Source: a virus (lineage: Duplodnaviria; Caudoviricetes). From it: DNA of 64,000 nucleotides. The stretch's first letter is position 1, and the number at the start of each line of letters is the position of its first letter. The position numbers and the translations under genes were made by a program. Shown here one piece after another: positions 33,505 to 43,418 of the stretch. Below the pieces are notes generated by a model. The model saw only the letters and a list, made by a program, of their open reading frames with translations. It made no database searches and had not been told where the DNA came from. The stretch is from the IMG/VR virus record IMGVR_UViG_3300042888_002988, positions 64,001 through 128,000 of that record; one strand, written 5' to 3'.

Positions 33505-35265
33505 ACCACGCCATTTGCCGCGCTCGCCGTAATGACGAAATCCGCTCACGCGTATTCAGTCGAACCTTCTCGCAACACTTCACCGGTGCTGCACCCGTTC
33601 GCTCAGCTGGATCCGTTCCTCAAGGAGGCGGGGTTCTTCGGCGACGTCACGGACGGTATTTGGAACAACACCATGAAGCCGCTTGGTAACGCCGTTGGGC
33701 AGATGGGTCAAGGCGTGGGACAGGTATTTGGAGGTATGTCGGAGGGTATCGGTAACACGCTGAAAGCTGCGCCTCGCGCGATTGGCGGAGCCCTTCAGGG
33801 CGGTATGAACGCATTCAAACAGCAGCTCACACAGCCGGGCGCCGTGAGCCTGGGATCGATCGGTCAGGGTATGATGGACGGCGGCTGGAATGCCGGCAAG
33901 CAGAGCCTTGGCTGGGCGGCTGACGGCGCGATGAAGAATATGCAGGGATTCGGTAACATCGCCGGCGGCGCAGCCAAGACAGCCTGGGGCGCGAATCCCC
34001 TGGTCATGGGCGGACGCGCAGCCTACGGCGCAGGTCAAGGCGTCATGAACGGCGTCCAGAACTTCGCGAACGATCTCAAAAGCCGTATGATGCCTCAAGG
34101 CGGCACCGCTCCAGGTGGTATACCATCTGGAATGCAGATGATTCCGCCAGGACAAACGGGTTCGATCATGCACGGCCCACCGGCACCTGGGACTCCCGCG
34201 AATCCTACTCCCGCGAATCCTACTCCTGCGCCGGGCACTGTCGCGCCCGGACAAAACAACCTGCAGAACAACATGCAGCCCGCGTCCGGTTTCGGTGGTA
34301 ACATCATGATGGGCGGCGGCGACAGCAATTCCGCCATGGGCGCAGGCTATGGTGGCGGCTTCAACCCCGGCGCGCCTCCCAACATGAGCGCCTCGGCCCC
34401 GCGTCCGGCCAATGGCTCGCCGAGCCCTGTCGGCAACGCGCCATCCTATCAGGGCCCGACTGCGGCCGACTACCAGCGGACGATGGGCAGCTACAATCCG
34501 AACTCACCATTCGACCAACGCAAGGCGCAGGCGATCGACGCAGCGTGGCAGCAGAACGGCGGGAGAATGTCCCCCAACCAGATGTATCAAGCTCCCGGCT
34601 ACATGGGCATCAGCAAGTCTGGCTCGCTGACTCCGTTTGCGATTTACGAACTCGACCCCGCGGCGAGCATGGAGAAAGCCGCCATGGCCGGCGGCATTGC
34701 CGGGTGGTTGCGGGGCGCTTTGCAACGCGGTGCCCAGGGTCTCAACCGTGGATCGCGGATGGCCAAAGCGACAGCCGGCCGCACGGCCAAGACTGAAGCA
34801 AACGCAGCGCAGAAGGTGCAAGCCGGTGCTACCTCGGTTGCTGGGGATCTCCCGAAGCTGCCTACCGGCCGCGAAGCTTTCCAGACGGCTTACGCCGGTG
34901 CCGGTAACGGCCGCCAAGGCCTCGCCGATTTCATGGGCAACGCCGGACTGCGCATCGACGCCTCCCCTGGCCTGCAGAAAGCCATCAACTACGGCGCACC
35001 CGCTGCGGCGGCCGGTGGCATCTTCTACGGCGGCAACCGGATGGGTCACAGCTCCGGCCTGGACGAGGGTCTCGACAAGGGCTTCGACACCGGAGCTGAC
35101 TATGGCATTCAGGCCGCGCTCGCCAACGCACCCAAAGACCCCGGCTTCTTCGGGCGCATCGCTGACGTGTTCACCGGCCAGCAGCAAGGTCCACAGGCCT
35201 ACGACATACAATCACTTCTGGACTCCAACAAGGCGCAGATCCTCAAACAACTCCGCGGCGCTTAA
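33502..35265 (+). CDS. Gly/Pro/Met-rich KxA-delimited protein, putative internal head/ejection protein
   Basis: TPFAAL..MTKSA, HPFAQL..FLKEA, ISKSG, TPFAIY..MEKAA; low-complexity and glycine-zipper segments. Confidence 0.8.
   Translation: MTTPFAALAVMTKSAHAYSVEPSRNTSPVLHPFAQLDPFLKEAGFFGDVTDGIWNNTMKPLGNAVGQMGQGVGQVFGGMSEGIGNTLKAAPRAIGGALQGGMNAFKQQLTQPGAVSLGSIGQGMMDGGWNAGKQSLGWAADGAMKNMQGFGNIAGGAAKTAWGANPLVMGGRAAYGAGQGVMNGVQNFANDLKSRMMPQGGTAPGGIPSGMQMIPPGQTGSIMHGPPAPGTPANPTPANPTPAPGTVAPGQNNLQNNMQPASGFGGNIMMGGGDSNSAMGAGYGGGFNPGAPPNMSASAPRPANGSPSPVGNAPSYQGPTAADYQRTMGSYNPNSPFDQRKAQAIDAAWQQNGGRMSPNQMYQAPGYMGISKSGSLTPFAIYELDPAASMEKAAMAGGIAGWLRGALQRGAQGLNRGSRMAKATAGRTAKTEANAAQKVQAGATSVAGDLPKLPTGREAFQTAYAGAGNGRQGLADFMGNAGLRIDASPGLQKAINYGAPAAAAGGIFYGGNRMGHSSGLDEGLDKGFDTGADYGIQAALANAPKDPGFFGRIADVFTGQQQGPQAYDIQSLLDSNKAQILKQLRGA
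34192..34230 (+). repeat. 15-bp coding tandem repeat (TPANP), about 2.6 copies
   Basis: ACTCCCGCGAATCCT twice plus ACTCCTGCG. Confidence 0.85.
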
Positions 35266-35277
35266 TCTGAAGATCGC

Positions 35278-36342
35278 ATGACTCCATTCGCCCAACTCGA
35301 ACATGGGGCGGGCCTATCCAAAGCCGCGTCACCCGGAACTATGCTGCGCGGCCTGCATAATCTGGTGCGCGGCGGTATCTGGAAGCACGTCGCCGAGAAG
35401 ACCGCGCCGTCCGGCCTGATGGGGCGCACGGCGCGCATGTTCCACAATCCAGTTACGGATAAGTCGACCCTGTTCAGCAACGCGCTGATGGGTTACGGCC
35501 TGACCGGTATGGGGGCACAGTTGGCCGGTTACGACATGCCTGGATCCAACCTCGCGCTCAACCTGGCTACCCCGGTGCTGGGTGCGTTATTCACCGCCCC
35601 GAGTCTCATCACTTCGATGAGGGCCGGAACCGACGCCAACAAGGCGCGGATGAAGGAGGACCTGATGTCTGGGGCACGTGGCGCTGGTAGTGATATGATC
35701 TCCCTGGGACAGATGGATCATCGCTTCCTGACTCAGCCTGGCCTGGCCCAGCAATACCTCCAGCAGAACGACCCTGACACCGCCAAGCTGGTGAACCAAT
35801 ACAGCACCGGGCAACACAAGCCGATGACCGGCCTGAAGCGGATGCAGTCCATGTTCGAGAATCCCCAGGATCTTATCAACAACCAAGTCGATCAGCACAT
35901 GCACAGTTTGATGCCTCAGTCGTCGCCGTTCGGTATGCACAAGGCCGGCGGTTTCGGGTCGGCGCTTAGGGCGGGATTCTCCCACGGGTTCCCGTGGTTG
36001 TTCCCAGCGCTGGGTGTGGGCATGCTAGGGCACTCCGTAATGAGCGACAAGCCATACGACGAGACCGCCATTCGCGCGCGCGGCTACGCTGGCGGGCAGG
36101 CCAAGATCCAGCAGGAGCTGGGCAACCTCAGCGGGATGGAACGCTTTGCGCTGCAGATGGATCCTTCGATGTTCGCCAACCGCCTAGAGGCTAAGCTGCC
36201 CGGCACCATTCAGAATTGGGAGCAGCAAACGGGACAGAAGCACCAGCCTGGTCTCATCAGCAATCTCGCGAGCGGTTGGAAGAAGGGTGGCGACACCGAA
36301 TACTACAGCTACGACGCCAAGGGCGGGCGAAAATACCTCTAA
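35278..36342 (+). CDS. PFAxL-leader KxA protein with hydrophobic helices, putative ejection protein
   Basis: MTPFAQLEHGAGLSKAA; internal SPFGMHKAG; two Gly-rich hydrophobic regions. Confidence 0.8.
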   Translation: MTPFAQLEHGAGLSKAASPGTMLRGLHNLVRGGIWKHVAEKTAPSGLMGRTARMFHNPVTDKSTLFSNALMGYGLTGMGAQLAGYDMPGSNLALNLATPVLGALFTAPSLITSMRAGTDANKARMKEDLMSGARGAGSDMISLGQMDHRFLTQPGLAQQYLQQNDPDTAKLVNQYSTGQHKPMTGLKRMQSMFENPQDLINNQVDQHMHSLMPQSSPFGMHKAGGFGSALRAGFSHGFPWLFPALGVGMLGHSVMSDKPYDETAIRARGYAGGQAKIQQELGNLSGMERFALQMDPSMFANRLEAKLPGTIQNWEQQTGQKHQPGLISNLASGWKKGGDTEYYSYDAKGGRKYL

Positions 36343-36349
36343 CATCACC

Positions 36350-37213
36350 ATGCACACACCATCACCATTCGCCTGCCTGGGGGACACCCCCATGGAGAAA
36401 AAAGCCTTCGGTTCGTTGTTGCGTGGGGCCACTAACATGGTCTCGCGCCACGCTGACGACGCCGGTAAAATGCTCGCCAATAAGCAGCTGGCCAGCACCC
36501 TGATGCCGAAGGGACAGGCGTTTGACGATGCGATTATGGCATCCCTCGGTCCTCAAGGTGTTCGGAACGCGCAGCCTGTAGCGAAGGTGCGCAGCGCTCT
36601 GGATGCGGCCAACATGCGCTATCCTGCCCTATCAAGCGGTAGCACCGGGGAGTTATTAAATGGCGCGCTGGCTCAGTATCGACGCGGCGGACAGCTGGCG
36701 CCGTATCGCCTATCGCGTTTTTCCGGTCCATACGCTCACCCACGTGGAGGCTTGGATCGCGCGAACGCCGCCGCATTCCAGCGCGCGCAGCGGGAATTAG
36801 CGCGTAAAGGCCCAACTCCTTCGTCGATGGAGGAGCTACAAAAACTTTTACAGGGCAATTCCCGCGCGGCGGGTGCGCAGATGCGCTCACAATTACCGCT
36901 CGCGAATGATGGCTTGAATCTACAGATGAAACGTGATTATCTGGCACGCTTAGCGCCTAACTCACCGGCGCGCCCACGCGCGCTTCAGGCGGCTCCTGAT
37001 AATGTGCCTATAACATATTCGAATGGTGCCGCCAAACCGGCCGCACCATCAGCCGCTCCGGCCGTCGCCACTCCTCCAGCCATGCCAGCAGCAGCGGCAC
37101 CGACCGCTGCAGCCCCTCCGCCGATGCCGGTCAATAACCCGTCTGGTATGGGTATGGCGGGCAGCGTTTTAGGCGGCTTAGGAGCTGGCTATCTCGGCGC
37201 TGAGTATCTCTAA
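36350..37213 (+). CDS. PFAxL-leader KxA protein, putative internal head protein
   Basis: MHTPSPFACLGDTPMEKKA/FGSLLRG; C-terminal GMGMAGSVLGGLGAGYLG; ATG 36350. Confidence 0.8.
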   Translation: MHTPSPFACLGDTPMEKKAFGSLLRGATNMVSRHADDAGKMLANKQLASTLMPKGQAFDDAIMASLGPQGVRNAQPVAKVRSALDAANMRYPALSSGSTGELLNGALAQYRRGGQLAPYRLSRFSGPYAHPRGGLDRANAAAFQRAQRELARKGPTPSSMEELQKLLQGNSRAAGAQMRSQLPLANDGLNLQMKRDYLARLAPNSPARPRALQAAPDNVPITYSNGAAKPAAPSAAPAVATPPAMPAAAAPTAAAPPPMPVNNPSGMGMAGSVLGGLGAGYLGAEYL

Positions 37214-37227
37214 CTAGACATCAAACA

Positions 37228-38532
37228 ATGCGCACACCACCGTCACCATTCGCTTGCCTCGGGCACACTGATATCGAAAAGCAAGCATTCGCGAAGCTAC
37301 TGAAAGGCCTCTCACAGCTCGTCGCCAAAGGTGGTCGAGGCACTGGTCGGGCATTGAAGGCGGCCCCCACCGGAGCCAAGAGTCCGCAGGAACTTGGGTT
37401 CCTCAAGGGTGAGCGCACGCACCCGTATCCTACCATGAGCGAGATGCCACCGCAGCGCTCACTGCCGTCGCAGCAAGGTAACGCCGTTCCGCTCGGTGGC
37501 GTCAACGGGCCGACGCCGAAATACGACCCCACGCGTCCTAAGATGACGGTGGAGGGTCAAGGTGGTGGTAACTATGTTGTCCTCGGTGGTGGCGGCCCTT
37601 CCAAAGGTTCGCCCACCCGTTACGGCCCTTTCGGTCCGACCGACATACGTTCCAAGTTGCACGCGGCCTCCACCGGCAAGAGTCCGCAGGAAATCGGTTT
37701 CCTCAAAGGCGAGCGCACGCATCCGTATCCGACCATGGCAGAAATGCCGCCGCAGCGTTCGATCGGCAAATCCGCCGCTGATCTCAAGGAAACCGCCAAG
37801 GAAACGCTGGGGGCTACTGCAGCCGCACCGCTCGGTATGTATGCCGGGGCGTTGGCTGCGCCACAGGCTGTTGGGCGGCTGCCTGCTTTCAAAAAGCTAC
37901 CACCACATTCGGCGCTGGGTGCTATTTTATTGAGCTTGATGTATGGGGGAGCGGCTGGCGGCGGTGTGGCGGCCAATGCCGGAGCCGAATTGCTTGGTTC
38001 CGAAAAGGGCGGCGTAGGCGCTAACGTCGGGGGCACGCTCGGCGGTGCTGCCGGTGGGGCTGCCGGCCTCCACGCGGGGGTTGCTATGCAGGATCTGCCC
38101 AAGTTGAAAAATCATTCCGGCAAGGCCATGCTGCTGGCAACACTTCTTGGTGGTGTCGGCGGTGCCATGGGCGGGCGCGAACTTGGTAAGATGGCAGCAG
38201 AGGAAGAAGCACCCAAGGAGCCCAAGGAAGCACCCAAACCGAAAGAAGGGGAAGTCGATGTCCGTCGTCAACGCGACGAGAAAGCGCTGCGCAACAGGCA
38301 CATCGCACTCTCGCTGAAGCGCGGCATGTCGGGCGGCATGCTCGGCGCAATCCTGGGCGGTCTCGGCGCGGCCGGGAACGAAGGTGGTATGACCGGCGGC
38401 CAAGGCGCGCTCGCGGGAGGTGCCGGCGGCGCGTTAGCTGGCGCGGGACTCGGTGCCGCTGAAGGTGGCGTGAAGAGACTGCTGGGGCTCGACCCGATCC
38501 TAGACACCACGCTGATCGCGCAGCGTGCGTGA
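37228..38532 (+). CDS. PFAxL-leader KxA protein with several glycine zippers, putative ejection/membrane protein
   Basis: MRTPPSPFACLGHTDIEKQA/FAKLLKG; IGKSA, LGKMA; many GxxxG arrays. Confidence 0.8.
   Translation: MRTPPSPFACLGHTDIEKQAFAKLLKGLSQLVAKGGRGTGRALKAAPTGAKSPQELGFLKGERTHPYPTMSEMPPQRSLPSQQGNAVPLGGVNGPTPKYDPTRPKMTVEGQGGGNYVVLGGGGPSKGSPTRYGPFGPTDIRSKLHAASTGKSPQEIGFLKGERTHPYPTMAEMPPQRSIGKSAADLKETAKETLGATAAAPLGMYAGALAAPQAVGRLPAFKKLPPHSALGAILLSLMYGGAAGGGVAANAGAELLGSEKGGVGANVGGTLGGAAGGAAGLHAGVAMQDLPKLKNHSGKAMLLATLLGGVGGAMGGRELGKMAAEEEAPKEPKEAPKPKEGEVDVRRQRDEKALRNRHIALSLKRGMSGGMLGAILGGLGAAGNEGGMTGGQGALAGGAGGALAGAGLGAAEGGVKRLLGLDPILDTTLIAQRA
37378..37760 (+). repeat. Intragenic direct repeat, two copies of about 83 bp, 300 bp apart
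   Basis: 37378-37460 and 37678-37760 both encode KSPQE(L/I)GFLKGERTHPYPTM(S/A)EMPPQRS. Confidence 0.9.
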
Positions 38533-38540
38533 ATGAAGGA

Positions 38541-38581
38541 TTTACTCAGAAACAAAATCAGTTTACCATACAAGCATCATG
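38541..38581 (+). promoter_or_regulatory. Sigma70-like promoter, near-leaderless geometry
   Basis: TTTACT-N17-TACCAT-N9-ATG(38579). Confidence 0.5.
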
Positions 38582-40816
38582 AGCGTGGAAATCATCGACC
38601 CTAACTACCAGTGGAAGCAGGCCGCATCGCAAGAGGGCGTTGATTACGGCGCCGTGCAGAAGTCCTTCATGGACCAGAGCTACGCTGTCGTGGCCAACAA
38701 GGCCAAGATCCTGTTTCAAGATCCGTTCCGCCTCGGCTTCGAGATCGTTCACCGCAACGAGAAGGCCACGAAGATGGTCGGTATCTACGCCTTCCGTGTG
38801 AACGGCCAACTGCTGTATGCCCCGGTGTTCTTCGTCAACGGCGAGATCAAGGCCGCTGACATGCTCTACCGCGCGGACGTCAAACGCTTCGTGCCGCTCA
38901 CGGAAGACTGGTGCGCCTACTTGGTGCGCGGTGTCCACGAGAATGCCGGCGAGCCAATCGACCGCAACCGCTTCCGCCAGGCCGACGCCTACATGGACCG
39001 CCTCGCTTACCCGCAGCGCGTCAAGTATGCGAGCGAGGACGAAGAGAGAACCGCGATGCTCGCCGAGTTCCGCAAGGCTGCCGCCGACGGCAGCCTGTGG
39101 GCGGACATCATGCTGCACTGCGCAGACAACACTCCACTCCGCAAACTTCTGCCGCTGGTCATCAACGAGCACGGCCCCGAGGCGCTCGAGAAGGTCGCAG
39201 CGTTCGTCGAGAACAGCCCAACCGCAGCACGTTACCTCGCCACCCGCTATACCCGGGAGGAGCTGCAGACCGTGGACGGTTGGATGGCCAAGGAAGCTTC
39301 CGGCCCGCGCCCCGCCATTCAGATCATCACTTCGCCCACGCTGGCCAAGTCGGCCGCGTCACGTGAGCGCGTCTTCGACAAGGGCTATGACCTCGTGGAC
39401 AGCCGCCCTGCGGAATCCATCAACACGGTCATCGAGGAAGTCGGTGACGGCACCATCAAGGGGCTCTCCGCTCCGGGCAAGGTGCAAGTGCTCATGGGCG
39501 ACGGAGAGATGGTGGAAGCGTTGCTGCTTCGCCAGGATTCATCCTTGCTGCGCGAGAATGGGTATCCTACTGCGGATCCGGACATCCTCTGCAAGCCTGA
39601 ATACGTCTACTTCCCGAAGGACAAGCAGCTGCTCAAGCTCAACTACGACCAGGACATTTTCGGCGACGAAATGATCGACCAGGACACCAGCGCGAAGGCC
39701 GTCACCGCGGAGTCGCTTGCCAGCGGTAAGTGCTACGTCGCGCTCAACACGGAGCGTCTGACGATCTCCGATCCGTTCCGCGTCGACAAGTCCGAGGACG
39801 ATGGCGAATGTTCGGTCATCTCGATCACCACGCGCTACGGCGATACTGAGCAGCTCCTCTATGCGCCAGGTCGCGGCGAAACGGCCGGGAACTACATCAG
39901 CGACGAGACCTTCTTCCTAGAGGTCGAGTGCGATGTCGAAAACGGGGATAGCGGCGAAATCCGTAGCGTCAAGCCGACCTGCAACAAGGTCCTTATGACG
40001 TCCCGCACTATCGACCAATGGTTCCGCACCGCCGGTGGCTTGACTACGGCCCACGACGTGACCGTGAAGTCGAATGGCGTTTCGTTCGATGTCGAGCACC
40101 GCGAAAACGGAACGCTTCTCAAGGCTGCCCGCAATCTCGGCTGGCTCGAAACGCACTTGGCCCTCGCCGAGGACTTCTCTATCAGCACCGACAAAGCCGG
40201 CGAGATCCTCGACAAGGCCATCGATCGCGACGTGTCCTATCGCATCTACGACACCCTCAGTAAGAAGGCCTACATCACCCGGCCTGAGGGTATGCAGCAG
40301 TGGATCCAATCCTACGACCCCGAGCTGCAGGTGCAGATGGACGCGCCGCAGATTCAGACGCTGTCGACCCACACTCCTGAGCGTCCGCGCCAACAGCAGC
40401 GCTACGGCGATGTCTACAAGGGACCTCGTTCCGAGAACCGCAAGACTGCCGACGCGCTGATCCCGATGGACGCCATCATGAACCAGTCTCCAGAGGAGCT
40501 GGCGCAGATGTCCGACGCCTACGACCTGCCGCACATCTTCGACCACGGATGCGTGGGTCAGATGTCGACGAACAACTACAGCATCATCGAGCAGATCAAG
40601 CAGTATATCCCGGACCTCGAAGCAGGTGTTGACCGCCTCTTCCGAATCCTGTTCCTTCTGCGCTACCGCCCGGCGGACTTCGAAGAACTCTACGGCAAGG
40701 ATGACCTCGTGGCATTCGAGCAGGAGCTGGCCGATCTCGCCACCAGATCCGGAGACAACCTGCTGCGCATGCTGCAGCGTTTCGATCCGGATCAGTATGC
40801 GGCCCAGGAGAACTGA
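38579..40816 (+). CDS. Large head-cluster protein of unknown function with many KxA sites
   Basis: 745 aa; globular N-terminal block (GFEIV...VGIYAFRVNGQLLYAPVFFVNG); WKQAA, VKYAS, FRKAA, MAKEA, LAKSA, LLKAA, LSKKA. Confidence 0.85.
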   Translation: MSVEIIDPNYQWKQAASQEGVDYGAVQKSFMDQSYAVVANKAKILFQDPFRLGFEIVHRNEKATKMVGIYAFRVNGQLLYAPVFFVNGEIKAADMLYRADVKRFVPLTEDWCAYLVRGVHENAGEPIDRNRFRQADAYMDRLAYPQRVKYASEDEERTAMLAEFRKAAADGSLWADIMLHCADNTPLRKLLPLVINEHGPEALEKVAAFVENSPTAARYLATRYTREELQTVDGWMAKEASGPRPAIQIITSPTLAKSAASRERVFDKGYDLVDSRPAESINTVIEEVGDGTIKGLSAPGKVQVLMGDGEMVEALLLRQDSSLLRENGYPTADPDILCKPEYVYFPKDKQLLKLNYDQDIFGDEMIDQDTSAKAVTAESLASGKCYVALNTERLTISDPFRVDKSEDDGECSVISITTRYGDTEQLLYAPGRGETAGNYISDETFFLEVECDVENGDSGEIRSVKPTCNKVLMTSRTIDQWFRTAGGLTTAHDVTVKSNGVSFDVEHRENGTLLKAARNLGWLETHLALAEDFSISTDKAGEILDKAIDRDVSYRIYDTLSKKAYITRPEGMQQWIQSYDPELQVQMDAPQIQTLSTHTPERPRQQQRYGDVYKGPRSENRKTADALIPMDAIMNQSPEELAQMSDAYDLPHIFDHGCVGQMSTNNYSIIEQIKQYIPDLEAGVDRLFRILFLLRYRPADFEELYGKDDLVAFEQELADLATRSGDNLLRMLQRFDPDQYAAQEN

Positions 40817-40819
40817 CCC

Positions 40820-41761
40820 ATGAATGCCTATACGATCGACCTGCTTGCAGCGGTGGACCCAGCGTCCACCTTACCCTCGGTGCGCGCCGGCCTGATGCAG
40901 CAACAGAAGCGATTCTCGCCGCTGCACGACGCTATGCGGGACCGCTTCCTGGCGAAGTATATCCAGACCAATTTTGGCTGGTATATTGCGCGCCAGTATG
41001 CCAACCGCCAGCTGCCGTTCCCGGCCTTCCTGAGCGGGCGTGACTCCTGGGTGCACAAGGCCTACATGCTTTGCCTTGATCCGTGGGCGAACTACGACGA
41101 GCACGTCGTGGTCGCCTATCACCTGGCTCAGTTCGTGAACGGCACGCCGAACCTGAGGCAGCACCTCAAAGCTCTGCTGCTGTCATTCAGTCCGGGCTGC
41201 ACGGCGGAGTCGCACCTGCAGGAAGTCTCTCGCAACACCGGTGTGCCGGTGGCCACGCTGGACGCTTTCGAGATCCTGTTCTTCAACGTCATCGACCGCC
41301 GCGCCGATGCGCTCTACCTGGCCCAGGAGGTCTACCCAAACACTCGCCTGGTGGAGTTCGACGAGAACTACCTAAAGAACTCGACCCACGAGGACCTCAT
41401 CAAACGCGTCGCCTACAACCACCGCGACATGAACCTGACTGCCTACCTGACCGGTCTGCACGATCATTCGTTCCTGCGCAAGCTGGCCGCCAGCGAGGAT
41501 CGCGAAGCCGAGCTGACCCGGTTCCTGATGGGTAACGGGTTGATCTTGGCTCACACCAATCTTCTCAACCAGCGCACCGTCGGCCTGAGCCGGGCGTCCA
41601 CGTTGCTGGCCGCAGCCCGTCAAAGCGGCAGCAATCAGGAAGAGCCTACGCTGACCGGTATCGTGCCCATGTATAACGATGCCTTCCAGCGCGCCCTGGC
41701 AGCCAACAAGGAGATGGTTTTGGAGCAGCTGAAGGTCGACAGCGGCTTCGTCGACGTTTGA
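40820..41761 (+). CDS. Hypothetical helical protein in the head cluster, possible HTH
   Basis: LQEVSRNTGVPVATLDAFEILFFNV resembles an HTH; no clear KxA sites. Confidence 0.75.
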   Translation: MNAYTIDLLAAVDPASTLPSVRAGLMQQQKRFSPLHDAMRDRFLAKYIQTNFGWYIARQYANRQLPFPAFLSGRDSWVHKAYMLCLDPWANYDEHVVVAYHLAQFVNGTPNLRQHLKALLLSFSPGCTAESHLQEVSRNTGVPVATLDAFEILFFNVIDRRADALYLAQEVYPNTRLVEFDENYLKNSTHEDLIKRVAYNHRDMNLTAYLTGLHDHSFLRKLAASEDREAELTRFLMGNGLILAHTNLLNQRTVGLSRASTLLAAARQSGSNQEEPTLTGIVPMYNDAFQRALAANKEMVLEQLKVDSGFVDV

Positions 41762-41781
41762 TTCAACTTTTTCTTATGGGG

Positions 41782-41819
41782 TGGACAGAACCACCGAAAG
41801 TGAGTATTATCCCGCCATG
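41782..41819 (+). promoter_or_regulatory. Sigma70-like promoter, leaderless geometry
   Basis: TGGACA-N17-TATTAT-N6-ATG(41817). Confidence 0.6.
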
Positions 41820-43418
41820 ACACATGATTCTGCTGTTCGGACTGTGGTTAGTCTCGTGCCCGAGATTGAAAAGCGTGGCGCGGCTGCTGTCCTGACCGAG
41901 TATGCTACTCGCGAAGACCTTCCGGCTGCGCAGCTTGAGAAGCTGGCCCAGGTTTATAACACCCTGCGCACGGTCAGTCATATCGATCACGCCCAACCTG
42001 ATGAGCGCGGCGCCACCGTGCCGCTGCTGGACGTGCCTACGCTCGTCGTCGGCTACGCCACGGGGCTCGACCAGGAGAAGGTCGCCGCCGGCCCGCATTC
42101 GTTTTCCTCGCACGACCCGCGCACCGTGGATCTCAACCTCGCCCTGAAGCGTGACATGGGACTGCGGAAGGCTGCCGCCCAGGCCACCGGGACGCCCGAC
42201 ACGGTCAATCAGCTGCTCAAACAGGCGGTGAGCCACGAGCAAGCAGCTGCCGCGCTACTGGAGGTCGAGCTCGACCTCCAGGACGAAATGTCCAAGCTCG
42301 CCGGTGAGCTGTTCTCGGCCGCGCCTCGCGTCGGTGCTGAACACTTCCGCCGCGACATCTCCGAGTTCGAAGAGGAAGCGCTGCAGTATCAGCCCGCCAG
42401 CATCGTGAAAGCGGCCGGCGACTTCATGGAAAAATTTGCCGCACCTCACCGCACGAAGCTCGTGCGCTTCGACTACAATCAGCCGGTGCAGGCGTATGCC
42501 TACGACATCGGCCACCAGAACGGCCAGAAGATGGCTGACCTGGCCAAGGCAGCCAGCACGCTGGAGATTATCAAGATGGCTGCGAAGACCATCGAAGAAG
42601 TCCGCGGCGCTGGCGCTTCGCCAGATGATCGGGCACACGTGGAACCATCAGCCACGCCTACCGCGGTGAATGGCACGACCGCCACGCTGTCACCCGATAT
42701 CATGGCCGCAATGTTCGGCGGCGCACAACCCGCTGCTCCCCCGGACATCGTGAAGAAGGACAACGACGAGGACGCTCCCACTGAGGACGAGCAACTCGGC
42801 AAAGCCGAGGGTGTGGTATCCGGGACACCCGAGAAGCCCCAGCCCGGCGGGAAGGCTCCTACCAACGACCTTCCCCTTGACAGGGAAACTACCAAGGACA
42901 CTAAAACCAGCGGTGGTGACGAAGGTAAGAAATCCGATGCCGCATCCATCACCCGCGATGAGATCCTCGCCATGTTTGCCGCTCCTCTGACTGCCGGTCG
43001 CGACGCCATCCAGGGCGCGGCTCGCAAGGCTGATGAAACCCTCGGCGCTATCGTCGGTAAGGAGCGCACGAACAAAGCGCAGATGTCTTCCGACCTGTCC
43101 GTCGAGGACATTCGCCGCGCGATGAACGTGCGCCGTCTGATCGGCACGGATCCCGTGCTGCGCGAGGCCGATCCCAAGGAAGTGCTTGAGGTCTACAATT
43201 CCGTCGTGGCCCGCAACCCGCAGCTCGCCGGTGACATGGCGGCCCTGCGGCTCGTCCTGCGGGAGGCTGTCAGCTACGAGGGCCTCACTCTGGATTCCCA
43301 GAAGCTCCTCACCGAGATTCGCCGCAATTCTGAGGAGGCCGACAAGACCTTCAGCGAAAACGAACGCCGCCGCTATGCAGTGGGCGGAACCACTCCTCTA
43401 CCGATCGCCAAAGTATGA
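41817..43418 (+). CDS. Head-cluster protein with multiple KxA sites (core/scaffold-like)
   Basis: LEKLA, LRKAA, LLKQA, IVKAA, LAKAA, IIKMA; acidic disordered linker; helical C-terminal domain. Confidence 0.8.
   Translation: MTHDSAVRTVVSLVPEIEKRGAAAVLTEYATREDLPAAQLEKLAQVYNTLRTVSHIDHAQPDERGATVPLLDVPTLVVGYATGLDQEKVAAGPHSFSSHDPRTVDLNLALKRDMGLRKAAAQATGTPDTVNQLLKQAVSHEQAAAALLEVELDLQDEMSKLAGELFSAAPRVGAEHFRRDISEFEEEALQYQPASIVKAAGDFMEKFAAPHRTKLVRFDYNQPVQAYAYDIGHQNGQKMADLAKAASTLEIIKMAAKTIEEVRGAGASPDDRAHVEPSATPTAVNGTTATLSPDIMAAMFGGAQPAAPPDIVKKDNDEDAPTEDEQLGKAEGVVSGTPEKPQPGGKAPTNDLPLDRETTKDTKTSGGDEGKKSDAASITRDEILAMFAAPLTAGRDAIQGAARKADETLGAIVGKERTNKAQMSSDLSVEDIRRAMNVRRLIGTDPVLREADPKEVLEVYNSVVARNPQLAGDMAALRLVLREAVSYEGLTLDSQKLLTEIRRNSEEADKTFSENERRRYAVGGTTPLPIAKV

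Noticed and set aside
38579-40816. Portal protein
   Set aside because: Size and position are compatible, but I see no portal-like pattern, and repeated KxA sites suggest a processed internal protein; left unassigned pending HHpred.
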